Below, one piece after another: positions 1 to 11,148 of a DNA stretch of 64,000 nucleotides. Origin of the DNA: Hydrolagus colliei (taxonomy: Eukaryota); assembly GCA_035084275.1 (NCBI GenBank), contig CM068744.1, positions 4,774,001 to 4,838,000 on the forward strand, in the 5' to 3' direction. The notes below the pieces were generated by a model. It worked only from the letters and a program-made list of their open reading frames with translations. It was not told the origin of the DNA and did not search any database. The first letter of the stretch is position 1. Every line of letters begins with the position of its first letter. A program made the position numbers and the translations under genes.

Positions 1-40
1 TTAATTTTCAACTGAACAGTTAAACAGAATCTTATAATAA

Positions 41-289
41 TAATATTAATAATAATCCTTGCAGTATTTGTGGGTGAAACGCGGCAGCCAATTGTGCACA
101 GCAGTGTCCCCCACAAACAGTCATGGATTGAAATGACCAATTTTATTATTGTGTTTTTTTTTTCGCGATTCATTATTAGGCGTGTGGAGCAAGGAAACTT
201 GCCCAAGGTTTGGCCCTGACCTGCCGGGATTCGAACACAGGTCTCACGCTTGTAAGGCGAGTGGTCTAATCACTGAGCTACAGGAGCTC
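41..289 (-). mobile_element. tRNA-derived Deu-type SINE, internally deleted
   Basis: A box TAGCTCAGTG, B box GTTCGAATCC, core CACTGCTGTGCACAATTGGCTGCCGCGTTTC, (TTA)n tail. Confidence 0.85.
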
Positions 290-352
290 TTGACATAACT
301 TCTCATCTGAAAGACAGCAGCACCAGGCCTGGGCATTTATGTTCACCCAATG

Positions 353-540
353 CACGACTGTTTGTGGGACGCTGCTGTGCGCAATTGGCTGCCGGGTTTC
401 GCCCACAATAGATACACAGTCAATTTACTTTACAGTATGTTCTGTGAAGCGCTTTGCGATGTCTTGAAGACATGATTAGGTGCTATACAATAATAATAAT
501 TATTATTATATCAAACGCAAGGATTGTTATATTATTATTG
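353..540 (+). mobile_element. SINE, 5'-truncated
   Basis: Core TGTGGGACGCTGCTGTGCGCAATTGGCTGCC and tail GCAAGGATTGTTATATTATT. Confidence 0.8.
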
Positions 541-1099
541 AAGAGACAACTTTCACTTAGGTTGAACGGCATTATTTTCAGCCCCAGTGTCCTCAGAAAT
601 AAGCCTTTGTGTACCTCTTTGTTGTTTGAAGCAAGCTACACGTCAACTAATTATTCACATAACGGTCACAACCCAGTTCTTTTCAAGGAGAAGGGAGCAA
701 AACCTTCAGTTTTACACAGGAATTATGCAGCACATTATTTTGAAGAGCAAACATGCTTATTATTGTGGAAAAAAGTACCAATTGTTCAAATGTTGTGCCA
801 CTTGCTATTCTTCATATGGTAAAATTGGCCTTGGAATACTCTGAGGCTTGTCAAACCTGCCTGATAATGTGGCACCTTCTTTGTTATGGAAATCTAACTA
901 GAATTGCAGAGATTCTCTTGAAAATTACATTGCATCAAAAATATACTTTGTGAGGCTAAAGTTCAATACGCATGCAAAGTATTTTCTGCAAACTAGAAAG
1001 CAATTATATAAATATCACAAAAGCATGGTAATATACCTGCATTATTACTAGTTATGGTTGCGTGTGGGAGTGAAAGATTAAGAGATAGAGAAATGGGAA

Positions 1100-1230
1100 G
1101 GATATATTGAAGCGCTTTCAAGTCTTCTAGACATCTCACAGACTATATTGTAAAGTGAATTGTTCGTATATATGTAGGCAAAACACGGCAGCCAATTGTC
1201 CACAGCAGTGTCCCACAAACAGTCGTGGAT
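1100..1230 (-). mobile_element. SINE fragment
   Basis: Reverse copy of the same core and 3' region. Confidence 0.75.
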
Positions 1231-1317
1231 TTTAGTTTGGTTTTGGATACTCCTAAGCATAGTGTAAAGGTGCAGATTAAAGATGTATCACCTGCCTTCC
1301 AGCATTACAAACACAAA

Positions 1318-4079
1318 TGATATAACAGCTTACTTTATTTGCTGTTGATCTGATGATAAAATACATTTCATACAGGAGCTATATTACTAATTTACAATCT
1401 CCAATATAAGAACAGACATTTAATTTTTTTTAAACAAGAAAAATATAATCTGTAACAAGACATTTACCAGAAATAAAGAATCTATGTTCTTTACAAGTGG
1501 CTTCATGTATCAATTATTCAAATGCTTATATGGCAACGCTAGACCATTTACTGATACATTTAAGTGTATTCTCAATGTTACTGATCATGCATTTTGCAAC
1601 ATGTCAGTGGGTAAATCCATTTGCATCACGATTGAGGGAATTAATTTTAAATATATTACGCCACATAAATTCCTTTTAACAAAAAAACATGATGCACAAC
1701 CAATGTAAAGTAAAAGAAACATTGTTTTCATTGTTTAAATTCTTCAAAAGTTCTTTATTTTTAAAAAATAGTGATTTCTATATTGATATTTGTGAAAAAA
1801 ATATTACTGTTCATTTTTAAAACTATATATAGACCTAATATATTTTTACATAATCCTCCTTTATTAACTCAAGTGTCCCTCAAAATTGCAACATAAAGGC
1901 AAAATATTAAAAATGTCTTAAAAGACAACAATAAGCGGTGAGATTCATGCTATTTGTACAACCCTTTTTAAACCAAAACACTACAAAAATGCTTGGTAAA
2001 ACTATTACGTATCATGTATTATCTGGTGATTATGTTGTACTCTTTGAGACATTCATTTATGAAAGGCGCTATACATGTGCAAGTCGTCGTTACTCTTTTT
2101 CTGAGAGATGAATTAACATACAGCTCATGGTACCCAGTTCAAGATCTGTTCCCGTTGCATTAAAGGGAAAGAAGAAAGACATACTCTACCATGATCAAAT
2201 ATTCATGTTTATTGGCCCCTTAAGCAAATCACTGACTGCAATGATCTCCAAACTTTTAACCTTTCTAGCACAGGATCTCAGTCTCATGATCACTCCCACC
2301 CCCCCACCCCCACCACCCCAATCCAAAAGCACTATTAAATATCGTGTGCATGTAATTACTGTTCAACAGATTTCACTTGTGTTCACAAGATAACTAGGTA
2401 GGAGAGGCTGAAGAAGGCACTCTAGCCTTTTGATAAAACTCCACTCCACCACTCCACCAGTTTGTCCATTACAGGTGGTTTCTTAAATGAGTCCATTGTA
2501 CTAGTGACCAACCTATTCCTCTTGTAACCTGTCAGATTGTGCACAGAAATACTTCTTGGCGAATATCTAAAAATTGTCCTCAATAACCTTCTTGTCCTAC
2601 TGTATTTGTGTACCTGAAAACACAGTATTCCAGGGTTGCGTCTGGCTGGGGGTATGGGTTGGAGAACACAAGAGTGTAAGAATTTTGAGTGAAGAACTGC
2701 CACTTGGAATCGACTTAAGAACCAGATCTTGCACAAAAGAAGTGGAGATGACTAAGTGTGGCTATCCGAAAATAGCAGTCTGTAGTTTGACGCACCAAGA
2801 TTGGGTTGCCACACTTTCCTAGGAAGAGGATCAGTAGTGTTATGAAGGAGTGACTGCCTTGTGGTGACAAGTGACACTTTTGAATACCTTCATTAATTTT
2901 CTTGAAACTAACAATCCGGATATCTTTCAACACCATAGGTCCTACTGTTGTTCCCGGAAATGGAGGAGGCAAAATCCTAATGCAGTCTTCTTATTCTTCC
3001 TTGCACTGAACTCTACAATGACCTTAGCTTAGAATGATCATGGAAAGCAAACATACGGCGTGATAATCATGAGCTTTACAAAGGTTGATACTGTGACACT
3101 CTTAACAACCGCAGTTCAGTATTAACCATTGGCAAAGCTGCACTTCTTTGGAGTTTCATAAAACAATTCCCCTGATCTTGAAACTGTCCAATGGAGTTTC
3201 TTTGCATTTTCGTCCAATATGGTAAAGTTTGCATTGCAATGTGCTCATGTCATCACCTGCTCTAGGTCTGATACCAACAAAGTACAGACTTGTGATCGAA
3301 CTGCATCACATTTTAAAACTGCAGTACCACGAATTCCTGTAACTACTGCTTGACAGACACCAAATCATGCCAACTTATCCCACGATAAGTAATGAATGGT
3401 CACGATGCTGCTGCGTGGAGCTGGAAGTGAATTAGCCAATCCATTAGCACATCCTGCATTAGCAGCTTCAGGGGGAAGAAATGACTGCTTTTCACATCTC
3501 AGTAAATGTGGCTGTTGTTGGCTGTGTAAAATGGCACGAGCAATCAAATCAAGAGGAAATACTGCACTTGTGTTTTCACTGACTAGAGCAGAGGTGGCCA
3601 ACTTGTGGCCCATAGACCACATTACGCATGTGTAAAATAGTCATTCCCGGACTAGAGTATGAATCATGTAATAAACTCAGGAACAAGGGATACTGCACCT
3701 TAAATAGCCTTCAGTTACAAATAATCTTCAAGATTCCTTCCTGGGTTAGGTTCCAGAAATACTCCTAATATGTTCGTTAACCTCAATTTTGTTTTGTTAT
3801 TAAATGTGAGGGTCACAAATAAAAACTAAAATACCTGGGGCAGCCTGGTTATATTAAAACAGACATACCAGTACAATTCTGTTACCAAACAAGACTACCA
3901 TTTACCCTGTTTGCTTCCGACATTTTGTTTGAAAGCAAAACAAACATGATCGTTTAGTGCAACCTCTGTCTCTTACAAACACATACCAGTCACTTAAGTC
4001 TAGAACAAGGTGCCATTATTCATAAAGTCTGTACAAACATTTTCCTTGATACGTGTTTTACAAGGGAAGCCATCTTCAC
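1318..4079 (-). other. ASXL2: ASXL2 3' UTR (about 2.75 kb)
   Basis: Follows the stop codon, is almost free of repeats and ends AT-rich at AATAAA plus a GU-rich element. Confidence 0.6.
1334..1339 (-). terminator. Polyadenylation signal AATAAA
   Basis: Minus strand reads AATAAAgtaagctgttatatcaTTTGTGTTTGT: hexamer followed by a downstream GU-rich element. Further AATAAA at 1754-1759 and 2208-2213. Confidence 0.55.
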
Positions 4080-6629
4080 TTATCGTACCACTAGGCAAGA
4101 AACACATAATTTAGATGGTCCAATGCAGTCATCATGGCAAAATGCCCCACATCCTTTGCATATGATCATGGCTTTAAGCCTGCAGTAGCACTTGGAAGGA
4201 GCGTCCTCCAGGTTGCCGCCTTCGGGGAACATTTGGACAGAGTTGCCGTGGCTGCCTGTATTTATGGACTGACCAGCGGGAAGTGTCGTAACAGTCACAG
4301 AAAAGGATACCATATTTCCAGAGCTGTTTGAGACTTGGCTGTACACAGACATCTCTGTGACAGCAGAGCAATGGTTCATCTGTGGCGTAGAAGGAACGCC
4401 GATGCCGCTGCCGTGAACGGGCTTAAATGCGAACTGGGAACTTGCTCGGTTTCCGTACGGGGGGAACTTTTGTTGGTGCAATGGCTGAGAGGGTTGTTGA
4501 AAGCCTACAGACAGGTTCGGTAACCTGTAAGAGTCTGGATAGTTTGGATTTAGTTTGCCACCAGTCTGAGCAAAGTTAGATTGCAGTCCCTGGTTGAACT
4601 CCTTTGCCACTTGTGCGGCAGACAATAAAGGCGTGTTCTCCTTTTCAGTTTGTCGATAATCATGCATTGGAGCTTCTACCTTCAAATATCCACTGGACAA
4701 ACTGTCCATGCGAGCGCAGGCAGTATTGTCACCCATCTGGGGAAAGTCGTGCGAGACTGGTTCGGTTTTGATTAATATAACCTCAGGATGACAGGACTTT
4801 GACCTGCTGTTCAGTTCTGGTGTGTGCTGAATGCTGCTATCAGCTGTTTTCGTGTTCCACTCCTTGATTTCCTTCTCGGCCGTGTGTGCCAGACCATTCA
4901 TACGAACCCGCGTCTCAATGTCTTGAACATAGGCACGTTTCCAGCTCTCTGAACCCCTTCCGTAGGTGGCTATGTTGAGCAGGTAATGACCAGATACAGC
5001 TGGCTTCAGGGCAGACTTTGTCCCCATCAAACCAAACCTCGACCTCTGACCAACGGAAACCCCTCCAGAGGAAAATCCTGAGCTATTCACTCCGTGCTGT
5101 AAAGATTCACAAACAGGACCCAAGATTTGACTCTGGGCGTTGCTGCTGCGGTCCTGAGTGGGCCTGGTTGGCATTTCTGGTTCCACGTGTCCATGTTCTG
5201 CGTTTGTGCTTCTCCTCTCTTCGTTGGTACAACTGTGCTTTGAGGTCTGTTCAAGCTGTTCCCATTGATCAGTAGATGCAACAACTTGTCCTGACATTGT
5301 CTGAGATTGTGTTCTTCCAATAAGGTCAGCAGTTACCTTACACAACTTCTGCATTACAGTGTTGTCATTTCTGACCGTCACCGTTACCGCTGTCCCTTCA
5401 TCAACTGATGTCTTCACCACATCATCTGGCACGGCTTTAGAAATCTGATTAACAGGTTTAAGCTCTACTTTGGTCAGAGGCTTCGGCAGGAATTGCACCA
5501 GTGGCACTTCTTTCCCTCGGAGTAATTGTGCAACCAGTGGATTGTTAGCCGGGATGGAGGAACCCGACTTCACTACGATTCCACAAACAGATCCTTGTGG
5601 TTTAAGGCTGGGTACATCGTGCGGAGTGCAAAGCGACTGTGCAGATACAGCAGAAGTTACTGCAGGACTTTCTAGATTTGAATTTGCTGAGGGAAGTGGG
5701 GAGGCCACTTTTAGAGTTCCAGCTGTGCTCCCAGATGTTACAGAAACAGAACCAGCTGTTGCGGCCACCCCACTGGTTGAAGATGGAACTGGAAAGTTGC
5801 TTTGTTTATTAATGGACGTGGAGGCCAGCTGGGGATCAAAGGACAGCTTTCTCCCCACATTTGATATCCTAACATTAGAGTCTGTGGAGGGTTGTTGGTT
5901 CGTCACTCGACCTTGCTTACTATGCACGGTGACATTTCCTGAGCTTTGAGTTACTGCATTTGCAGTCTCGGAGTTTCTGAGGACCGATACAGGTTTCAAA
6001 GCCTCTCGCAAGGTAGGATTGCAAGTCTGCTTCACAGTTTGTGTCTGCAACGTAGCAGGAGAGGCCTTTGTTGTACTCATATTTGTTATCATTGGACTTG
6101 GCTTTGGGGACACAAATACAGTCACGGAGGGTGCTATGTGCTCACTCGATAATGTCAATGCTGATTTTGTGACCGCTGTAACTGACGCTGTGCATCTGTT
6201 GGGGCTTGCGGTGTGGGCTGCAGACACAGATTGCGCCAGGGTGGCTTGCTGTAATTGTGTTCTTGAATCCAGATTGGTTGCTGGCTTGATCGTAGCCTCT
6301 TCCAATGGTTTGGACAGTTGTCCTGGAGAATCAGACAAGGACCCTCCAACACCTCGCCTGCCTCCAGTTCTGTCCATTTCCACTGCACCGCCTGGTGGCC
6401 TGACTTCGCCCATTCCGCCCCCTCCTCCCGGGCCAGGGCCTGGCACGGCTCCGCCTGCAGCTGCTGCGGCGGCTGCTCTCTGGGCTTTGGCAAGCTGAGC
6501 TTTTGCTTTGATGTCTGCGAGAGTCCTGGCTCCGGTTCTCCCTGGACTAATGACGAGGGGTGAGAAAGTGGCCCTTGGAGAGACCTGACCACTCGGACTA
6601 GGGATGGATCGGATTCTTGAGATTGGAAT
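4080..6629 (-). CDS. ASXL2: ASXL2 last coding exon (ASXM1, ASXM2 with LxxLL, C-terminal PHD finger)
   Basis: Acceptor ttacag|ATT at 6629. Encodes IPISRI...[25 protein letters not shown] (ASXM1), [20 protein letters not shown] (ASXM2) and [36 protein letters not shown] (PHD). 2550 nt, phase 0. Confidence 0.97.
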   Translation of the reverse strand: MPISRIRSIPSPSGQVSPRATFSPLVISPGRTGARTLADIKAKAQLAKAQRAAAAAAAGGAVPGPGPGGGGGMGEVRPPGGAVEMDRTGGRRGVGGSLSDSPGQLSKPLEEATIKPATNLDSRTQLQQATLAQSVSAAHTASPNRCTASVTAVTKSALTLSSEHIAPSVTVFVSPKPSPMITNMSTTKASPATLQTQTVKQTCNPTLREALKPVSVLRNSETANAVTQSSGNVTVHSKQGRVTNQQPSTDSNVRISNVGRKLSFDPQLASTSINKQSNFPVPSSTSGVAATAGSVSVTSGSTAGTLKVASPLPSANSNLESPAVTSAVSAQSLCTPHDVPSLKPQGSVCGIVVKSGSSIPANNPLVAQLLRGKEVPLVQFLPKPLTKVELKPVNQISKAVPDDVVKTSVDEGTAVTVTVRNDNTVMQKLCKVTADLIGRTQSQTMSGQVVASTDQWEQLEQTSKHSCTNEERRSTNAEHGHVEPEMPTRPTQDRSSNAQSQILGPVCESLQHGVNSSGFSSGGVSVGQRSRFGLMGTKSALKPAVSGHYLLNIATYGRGSESWKRAYVQDIETRVRMNGLAHTAEKEIKEWNTKTADSSIQHTPELNSRSKSCHPEVILIKTEPVSHDFPQMGDNTACARMDSLSSGYLKVEAPMHDYRQTEKENTPLLSAAQVAKEFNQGLQSNFAQTGGKLNPNYPDSYRLPNLSVGFQQPSQPLHQQKFPPYGNRASSQFAFKPVHGSGIGVPSTPQMNHCSAVTEMSVYSQVSNSSGNMVSFSVTVTTLPAGQSINTGSHGNSVQMFPEGGNLEDAPSKCYCRLKAMIICKGCGAFCHDDCIGPSKLCVSCLVVR
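6155..6580 (-). CDS. ASXL2 TF overlapping +1-frame ORF (putative ribosomal frameshift product, 141 aa, EHNY motif)
   Basis: The +1 frame is open from the slippery site to a stop at 6155-6157. Encodes [10 protein letters not shown]...[12 protein letters not shown]...QNQH*. Confidence 0.75.
   Translation of the reverse strand, partial: LQGPLSHPSSLVQGEPEPGLSQTSKQKLSLPKPREQPPQQLQAEPCQALAREEGAEWAKSGHQAVQWKWTELEAGEVLEGPCLILQDNCPNHWKRLRSSQQPIWIQEHNYSKPPWRNLCLQPTPQAPTDAQRQLQRSQNQH
6579..6586 (-). other. Putative programmed frameshift site AG_GUC_UCU
   Basis: Zero-frame codons CAG GTC TCT (Q-V-S) give the RG_GUC_UCU motif reported for ASXL2 and for arterivirus -2 frameshifting. Confidence 0.7.
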
Positions 6630-7157
6630 CTGTAAGGCAATTGAAATTGGGAACAAAATTAAAATACAAATACAAATGTTGGTATTCTCAACCGAATGTA
6701 GTTTTTTTTTAAATTTAACAAATCACGTTTGGATTTTATTATTAATGTAGTTTGGGTTTTTGGCATTTACAGCAATCTAAAGGGAAATTGTAAAGAACGT
6801 GATCCCGAATTCGTTTTCGGTAACAAACGAAAACGTTTGTGTGCATTTGTGTGGTTACTAGGTAAGGAAGGATTGAGCCAAGCTGTGACAGTCACTCAGA
6901 CAAGGTTTCAGAGGGTGCCTGGCAACCATTAGCTCCATTTGAAGGGAAACTTTCAAGAGAGAAGGGAGGAAAACTGTGTTTTCTTTAAATCATTCCACCA
7001 CCACCTTGTAACTATTCAATACCTAGTGTTGAAACACGGTCAGATCAACCCACTTTAAGGAATCTCTATCAAGGTAATAGTGCAGGTGAGTTATATTCCG
7101 TAGGAGATTAACCTCTTTGTATATTGTGCACCGTGTCAGAGTTTCGCGTTCATATAC

Positions 7158-7920
7158 CTTGAGAGGTGGGACTTTGGGTTCTGGTGTTGGAATTTTGTTT
7201 TCAGGAATGTGCTTTGGTGGGGTCCGAAATGACTGCTGGTCCATGACCCTGGGTTTTTTCTCAACAGTGAGCAGACCCTCTCCTTCATCGTCGCACTTCC
7301 TCTTGAGTCCCTCTGCGGTAACTTCCATTTTTTCTGTAGAACCTGCCTTTGTCGGTGGCTCTTGTTTGCAAGGTTCAGATGTATTGTTCTCCACCAGTGC
7401 TGAAGCCTCGGGTCTTTTGCTCTCTAATACTTTTGCACTCTCTTCCTTCAGCTGTGGTTTGGGCTCATTTAGATCTAATTCTGGCTTAGCAAACATTGCT
7501 TTAGCCTCAGACTCTGGAGAGGTTATGTGGCCTACTTTTGCAGTCTCTTTATCCTGCGATACTTTTGCAGTATGAGGGTCAAAGTCTACGACTTGTTTCT
7601 CTGATAGGTTAACCGTCTCCGCGGGTCTGTCTGCTTTAGGGGGTTTCAGATCTGCAGGTGATTCGTTGACAGGCTCTGCTGAAGAATCTGCTGCCTTCTC
7701 TGATATCTCATCCTTTTCTACCACTTTTATTGTTTCTGCTACTTTGGCCACAGCCTTGATTGTGCTTTCTTCTTTTGGCTCAACAAGCGATTCCGCCTTG
7801 ACGGCAATTTCTTGGGCAGCTGGCTGGATAGGGCTCTGTTTGGGTGGATGACATTTACTGTCCTGGGCACTGCCACGAGATGCAGTCAGCTTTTGGGAGT
7901 CTTCCAGACTTATACCAGAA
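7158..7920 (-). CDS. ASXL2: ASXL2 penultimate coding exon
   Basis: ttgcag|T TCT GGT ... AAG|gtatat. Encodes SGISLEDSQKLTA...LKRK...EKKPRV...KVPPLK. 763 nt, phase 2 to 0. Confidence 0.95.
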
Positions 7921-8542
7921 CTGCAACAGAAAATTGCAAAAATGATTTTGTGAATTCTTGTGATATAAAACAAATACACAAATAGATACAGAAAGGAAAA
8001 AAAGTGCATTTTTAGAACGTTCATCTCGTCAAAGCATCTCAAACCCCTTCATAGTTAAAGTACTATCATGCTTAATGACTAGTTGTAGGCAAGCACAGAA
8101 GCCACTTGTATCAGCTGTAATCCACAAACTTCTTTGAGGTAAATTAGAAATAAGATGGAGGATTGTTGGCCAGGTTTGGAGAAGTTCCCATCTCTTCTAT
8201 CAATGTTATGAGATCTTTAACTATCTGGAAACAGGTAGAAAGGTCAACATTTGAAGTATTATCTGAAGGATGGCACCTCCAACAAGGCAGTGCTACTCCA
8301 TTGACAGTAAAGCATTGACAGTCTAGATGCTGATCTTAAGTCCTGATATGGATATAGTTATCTGATGCAAAGATGAAAGTACAGTACTATCAACTGAACC
8401 AAAGTGATCTGAGAGCAGAGCACCAATGGATTAGTTAAGGTAAAGGAAACAACAGCGAGTCTGTCGGCAGAGCATTTGTATGGCTCTAATTGAAGTACTA
8501 CGTCAATTCTGGCCATTGTTTTACAGTTGTAACATCTTGGTA

Positions 8543-8749
8543 CAGTAAAGCCAGTTTATCTGGCACTCGATCAACTGTAACTTCTGTATAACCGGCACCT
8601 CAAAAAAAAGTCTGCATTCAATTAACCGGAATTTATCAGGAAAAATGCAAAACGAAATGCTTTTGTTTTGTGTTTTTGGCCAAATATCCGGCACGCGCTT
8701 TAACCGGCATTGCCAGGTCCCGAGGGTGACGGATAAACGGGCTTTTCTG
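8543..8749 (+). mobile_element. Tc1/mariner (Tigger/pogo-type) MITE
   Basis: TIR CAGTAAAGCCAGTTTATCTGGCAC ... GTGACGGATAAACGGGCTTTTCTG, flanked by TA. Confidence 0.88.
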
Positions 8750-9902
8750 TATTAGATGTTGCTACAGTGAGAGGAAATTAAACCGATGCCTAGAATTAGA
8801 ACACCTGAGTTAAAAGGAGTTAATTGAAGTTGAGGCACAGATCTGCCATGATCTAACAGAATGGTAGAACAGGCTCAAGGGGCTAATCTTGTGGTCCTAT
8901 GAGAGGCTATGAAAATTGGTCACATTTACACTGAAGAAAGGAATTAGCAAAGATCTCAGTAAAGTTTTAGGTCGTCTGTGAACACCAATCACCATGCCTA
9001 AGAGTATCTAAATCAGACAGAGTTTCAGATATGCATTCCACCTAGACATGGACATTTCTGTGGTTTGGAATAGAATGTGCAATCTCTTGGCAGATACACT
9101 CTGGGATCCCTGCATTGGGATCCCTCTGGCATTTAACCAGCTAATACTGTATAGCCTGTCATTGAAAACACACCTTGTCCAGCTGGGACCTTCCTAAAGT
9201 TAAGGATTTGGCTTGTAGGGTCAACAGGAGCCGAGTGGGAAGAATCCCTACCCCCAAAGCTTTCATAATTCTAAGAGTAACCTTTCACCAGAAGAATCTG
9301 TTCCTGCCAGGATTACTGAATAATAATCATTATGGGCAGGAATACTGTAATTGGCAGGTGAATAGGGAGCTATGACATGGCACCTATAATTCTGAAAACT
9401 GAAATCTCAGAACCAAGGAAATTGATTTTGTGCTAATTTAGAAAGGAAATAAAATTCCATTCAGTTTATTCTCAAAAAGCTTGGACGAATGAGACTGGTG
9501 AGAGAAAGGCTGAACAGTTAAATCGGTGGTAGGTTAACTAGAGAATTAAAAAAAAAAAAGAAAAGCGTACTGGAATCCATTATATTTAAACTCTGCATTC
9601 ATTTCATTTCAAATTCACAGAAGGTGACTGAGTGATCATATAAGACAATGTGACACAGGTCACTGAAGCTGTTGTGGAAAGAAATTGAAGGTCAAGATCT
9701 CATTGGCACTCATTTAAATACATTCACAGGTGCTTTTATATGATTCCGATCAACTAATAAAATAATGAATAAATGGGTACAATTCAGGGGCATTTTGACC
9801 AAACGGAAATGAGACCCCCTTGGCGAAATATGATTATTTTATTAAAAACGAAAAAAAATCAAAATGAACCCCTAAGAAAATAACTGGATAAAATGTCCTT
9901 AC

Positions 9903-10008
9903 ATTTGACCATAGTAATTCTCATAAAAATGCTCCTTCCACTGTTCCACTTTCTTTTCCTTTTCAATCTCCTGTCGTATCCTCAGCTGCATCTCTGGAGT
10001 AAATTCCC
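9903..10008 (-). CDS. ASXL2: ASXL2 exon, DEUBAD/ASXH C-terminal part
   Basis: caatag|GG GAA ... CAA AT|gtaagg. Encodes [35 protein letters not shown]. 106 nt. Confidence 0.96.
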
Positions 10009-11126
10009 CTATTGAGAAACAAATAAAAAGCAGGGATTGACAGGATGAACAAAGTTCAGCGTGGACAAGAATGGTGCATTTGATATTCCTTCATCCCCGG
10101 GTGGATAGAGAAAGGCAATAAATCTAAAATACTCTATTTTGTCAGTGTTTCCCCAATCCCAGTCCACAATGTGCAGATAACATTGATGGTTTCAAAACGT
10201 TCGGTTCTATACTTTGATCTTATCTTATGATCTGTGTTATGATTTTTTTTAAACATATGATCTTGGTATTGGTGAACCCAAGACCATTCTGGCTTTGTCA
10301 AGGTTAAACCCTGAAGCGGCTTCCACAAACCAATTGCATGCAATTGGCCGGTCTGCTAGAATCAGCTTCACTTTGCAAAGGGGCCTGGCATTTATTCTAT
10401 CATTTGGTGAACAGGATTCTGCAGGTTATCCAAAGCCACGCAGTCAAACTGTACACGGGTGGAGACAAATGAGTAAAGCGCTGCCTTAGGAGAAACACAG
10501 CAGTGAAGCCAAGCATTGCGCCTTTGAGGTGTACTTGAAAGCAGATTCCAAAAATAACTTTTGCTTGCTGTTTCCATGGCCACAGCCTGCGTTTAATCTC
10601 CATTCACACTACCTCTAAACATGAAAGACTTGCCACCAATGTACATGCAGTACTTTAGTCTTCATGTAGCTACCTGGAGCTTATCATCTTAAAACAGGAG
10701 AAAGGGGACCTCCCCTCTGAAATAGCTTTATCCAAGTTAGGATAGTACACAGTAGAAAGTTGCTTCAAACAGAAATAATGCTCAGAACTGAAACTTCATT
10801 CAGTCAATTGAGTTTGAATCAGATAAGGATCAAATGTGCTCATAAAGAATGCATGACAACATGCTGGGAAAAATTCAATCCAATCTTCTGAGAGCACGGC
10901 TATGTGAACCTCTGAGATAATGCAGGCCAACTCACCACCGGCTGCGTCTCCTGACACCTAAGTGTTAGCCCCAATCAAAAGGAAGACATTTAGCCCACTT
11001 TCCATCACATCATTCCCTCATCATAACGTGTAAAAATAAACACAAATCTCACACTCAAAGCTACAGAAAAAAATCATCTCAATTGGGCAATTTTACAAAA
11101 TGTTTCCTGTGTGCGAGAGGCAGATG

Positions 11127-11148
11127 CACACACACACACACACACACA
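11127..11148. repeat. (CA)n microsatellite
   Basis: Direct reading. Confidence 0.9.

Noticed and set aside
454-953. Plus-strand ORFs at the window start as a neighbouring gene
   Set aside because: They begin in a SINE tail and show no recognisable protein or exon structure.
5470-6498. Plus-strand ORFs of 159 aa (5470-5949 and 6019-6498)
   Set aside because: Antisense shadows of the ASXL2 exon, with non-ATG starts and no recognisable domain.
7023-8042. 339-aa ORF as a stand-alone gene
   Set aside because: It is the penultimate ASXL2 exon plus read-through into flanking introns; splice sites bound it at 7158-7920.
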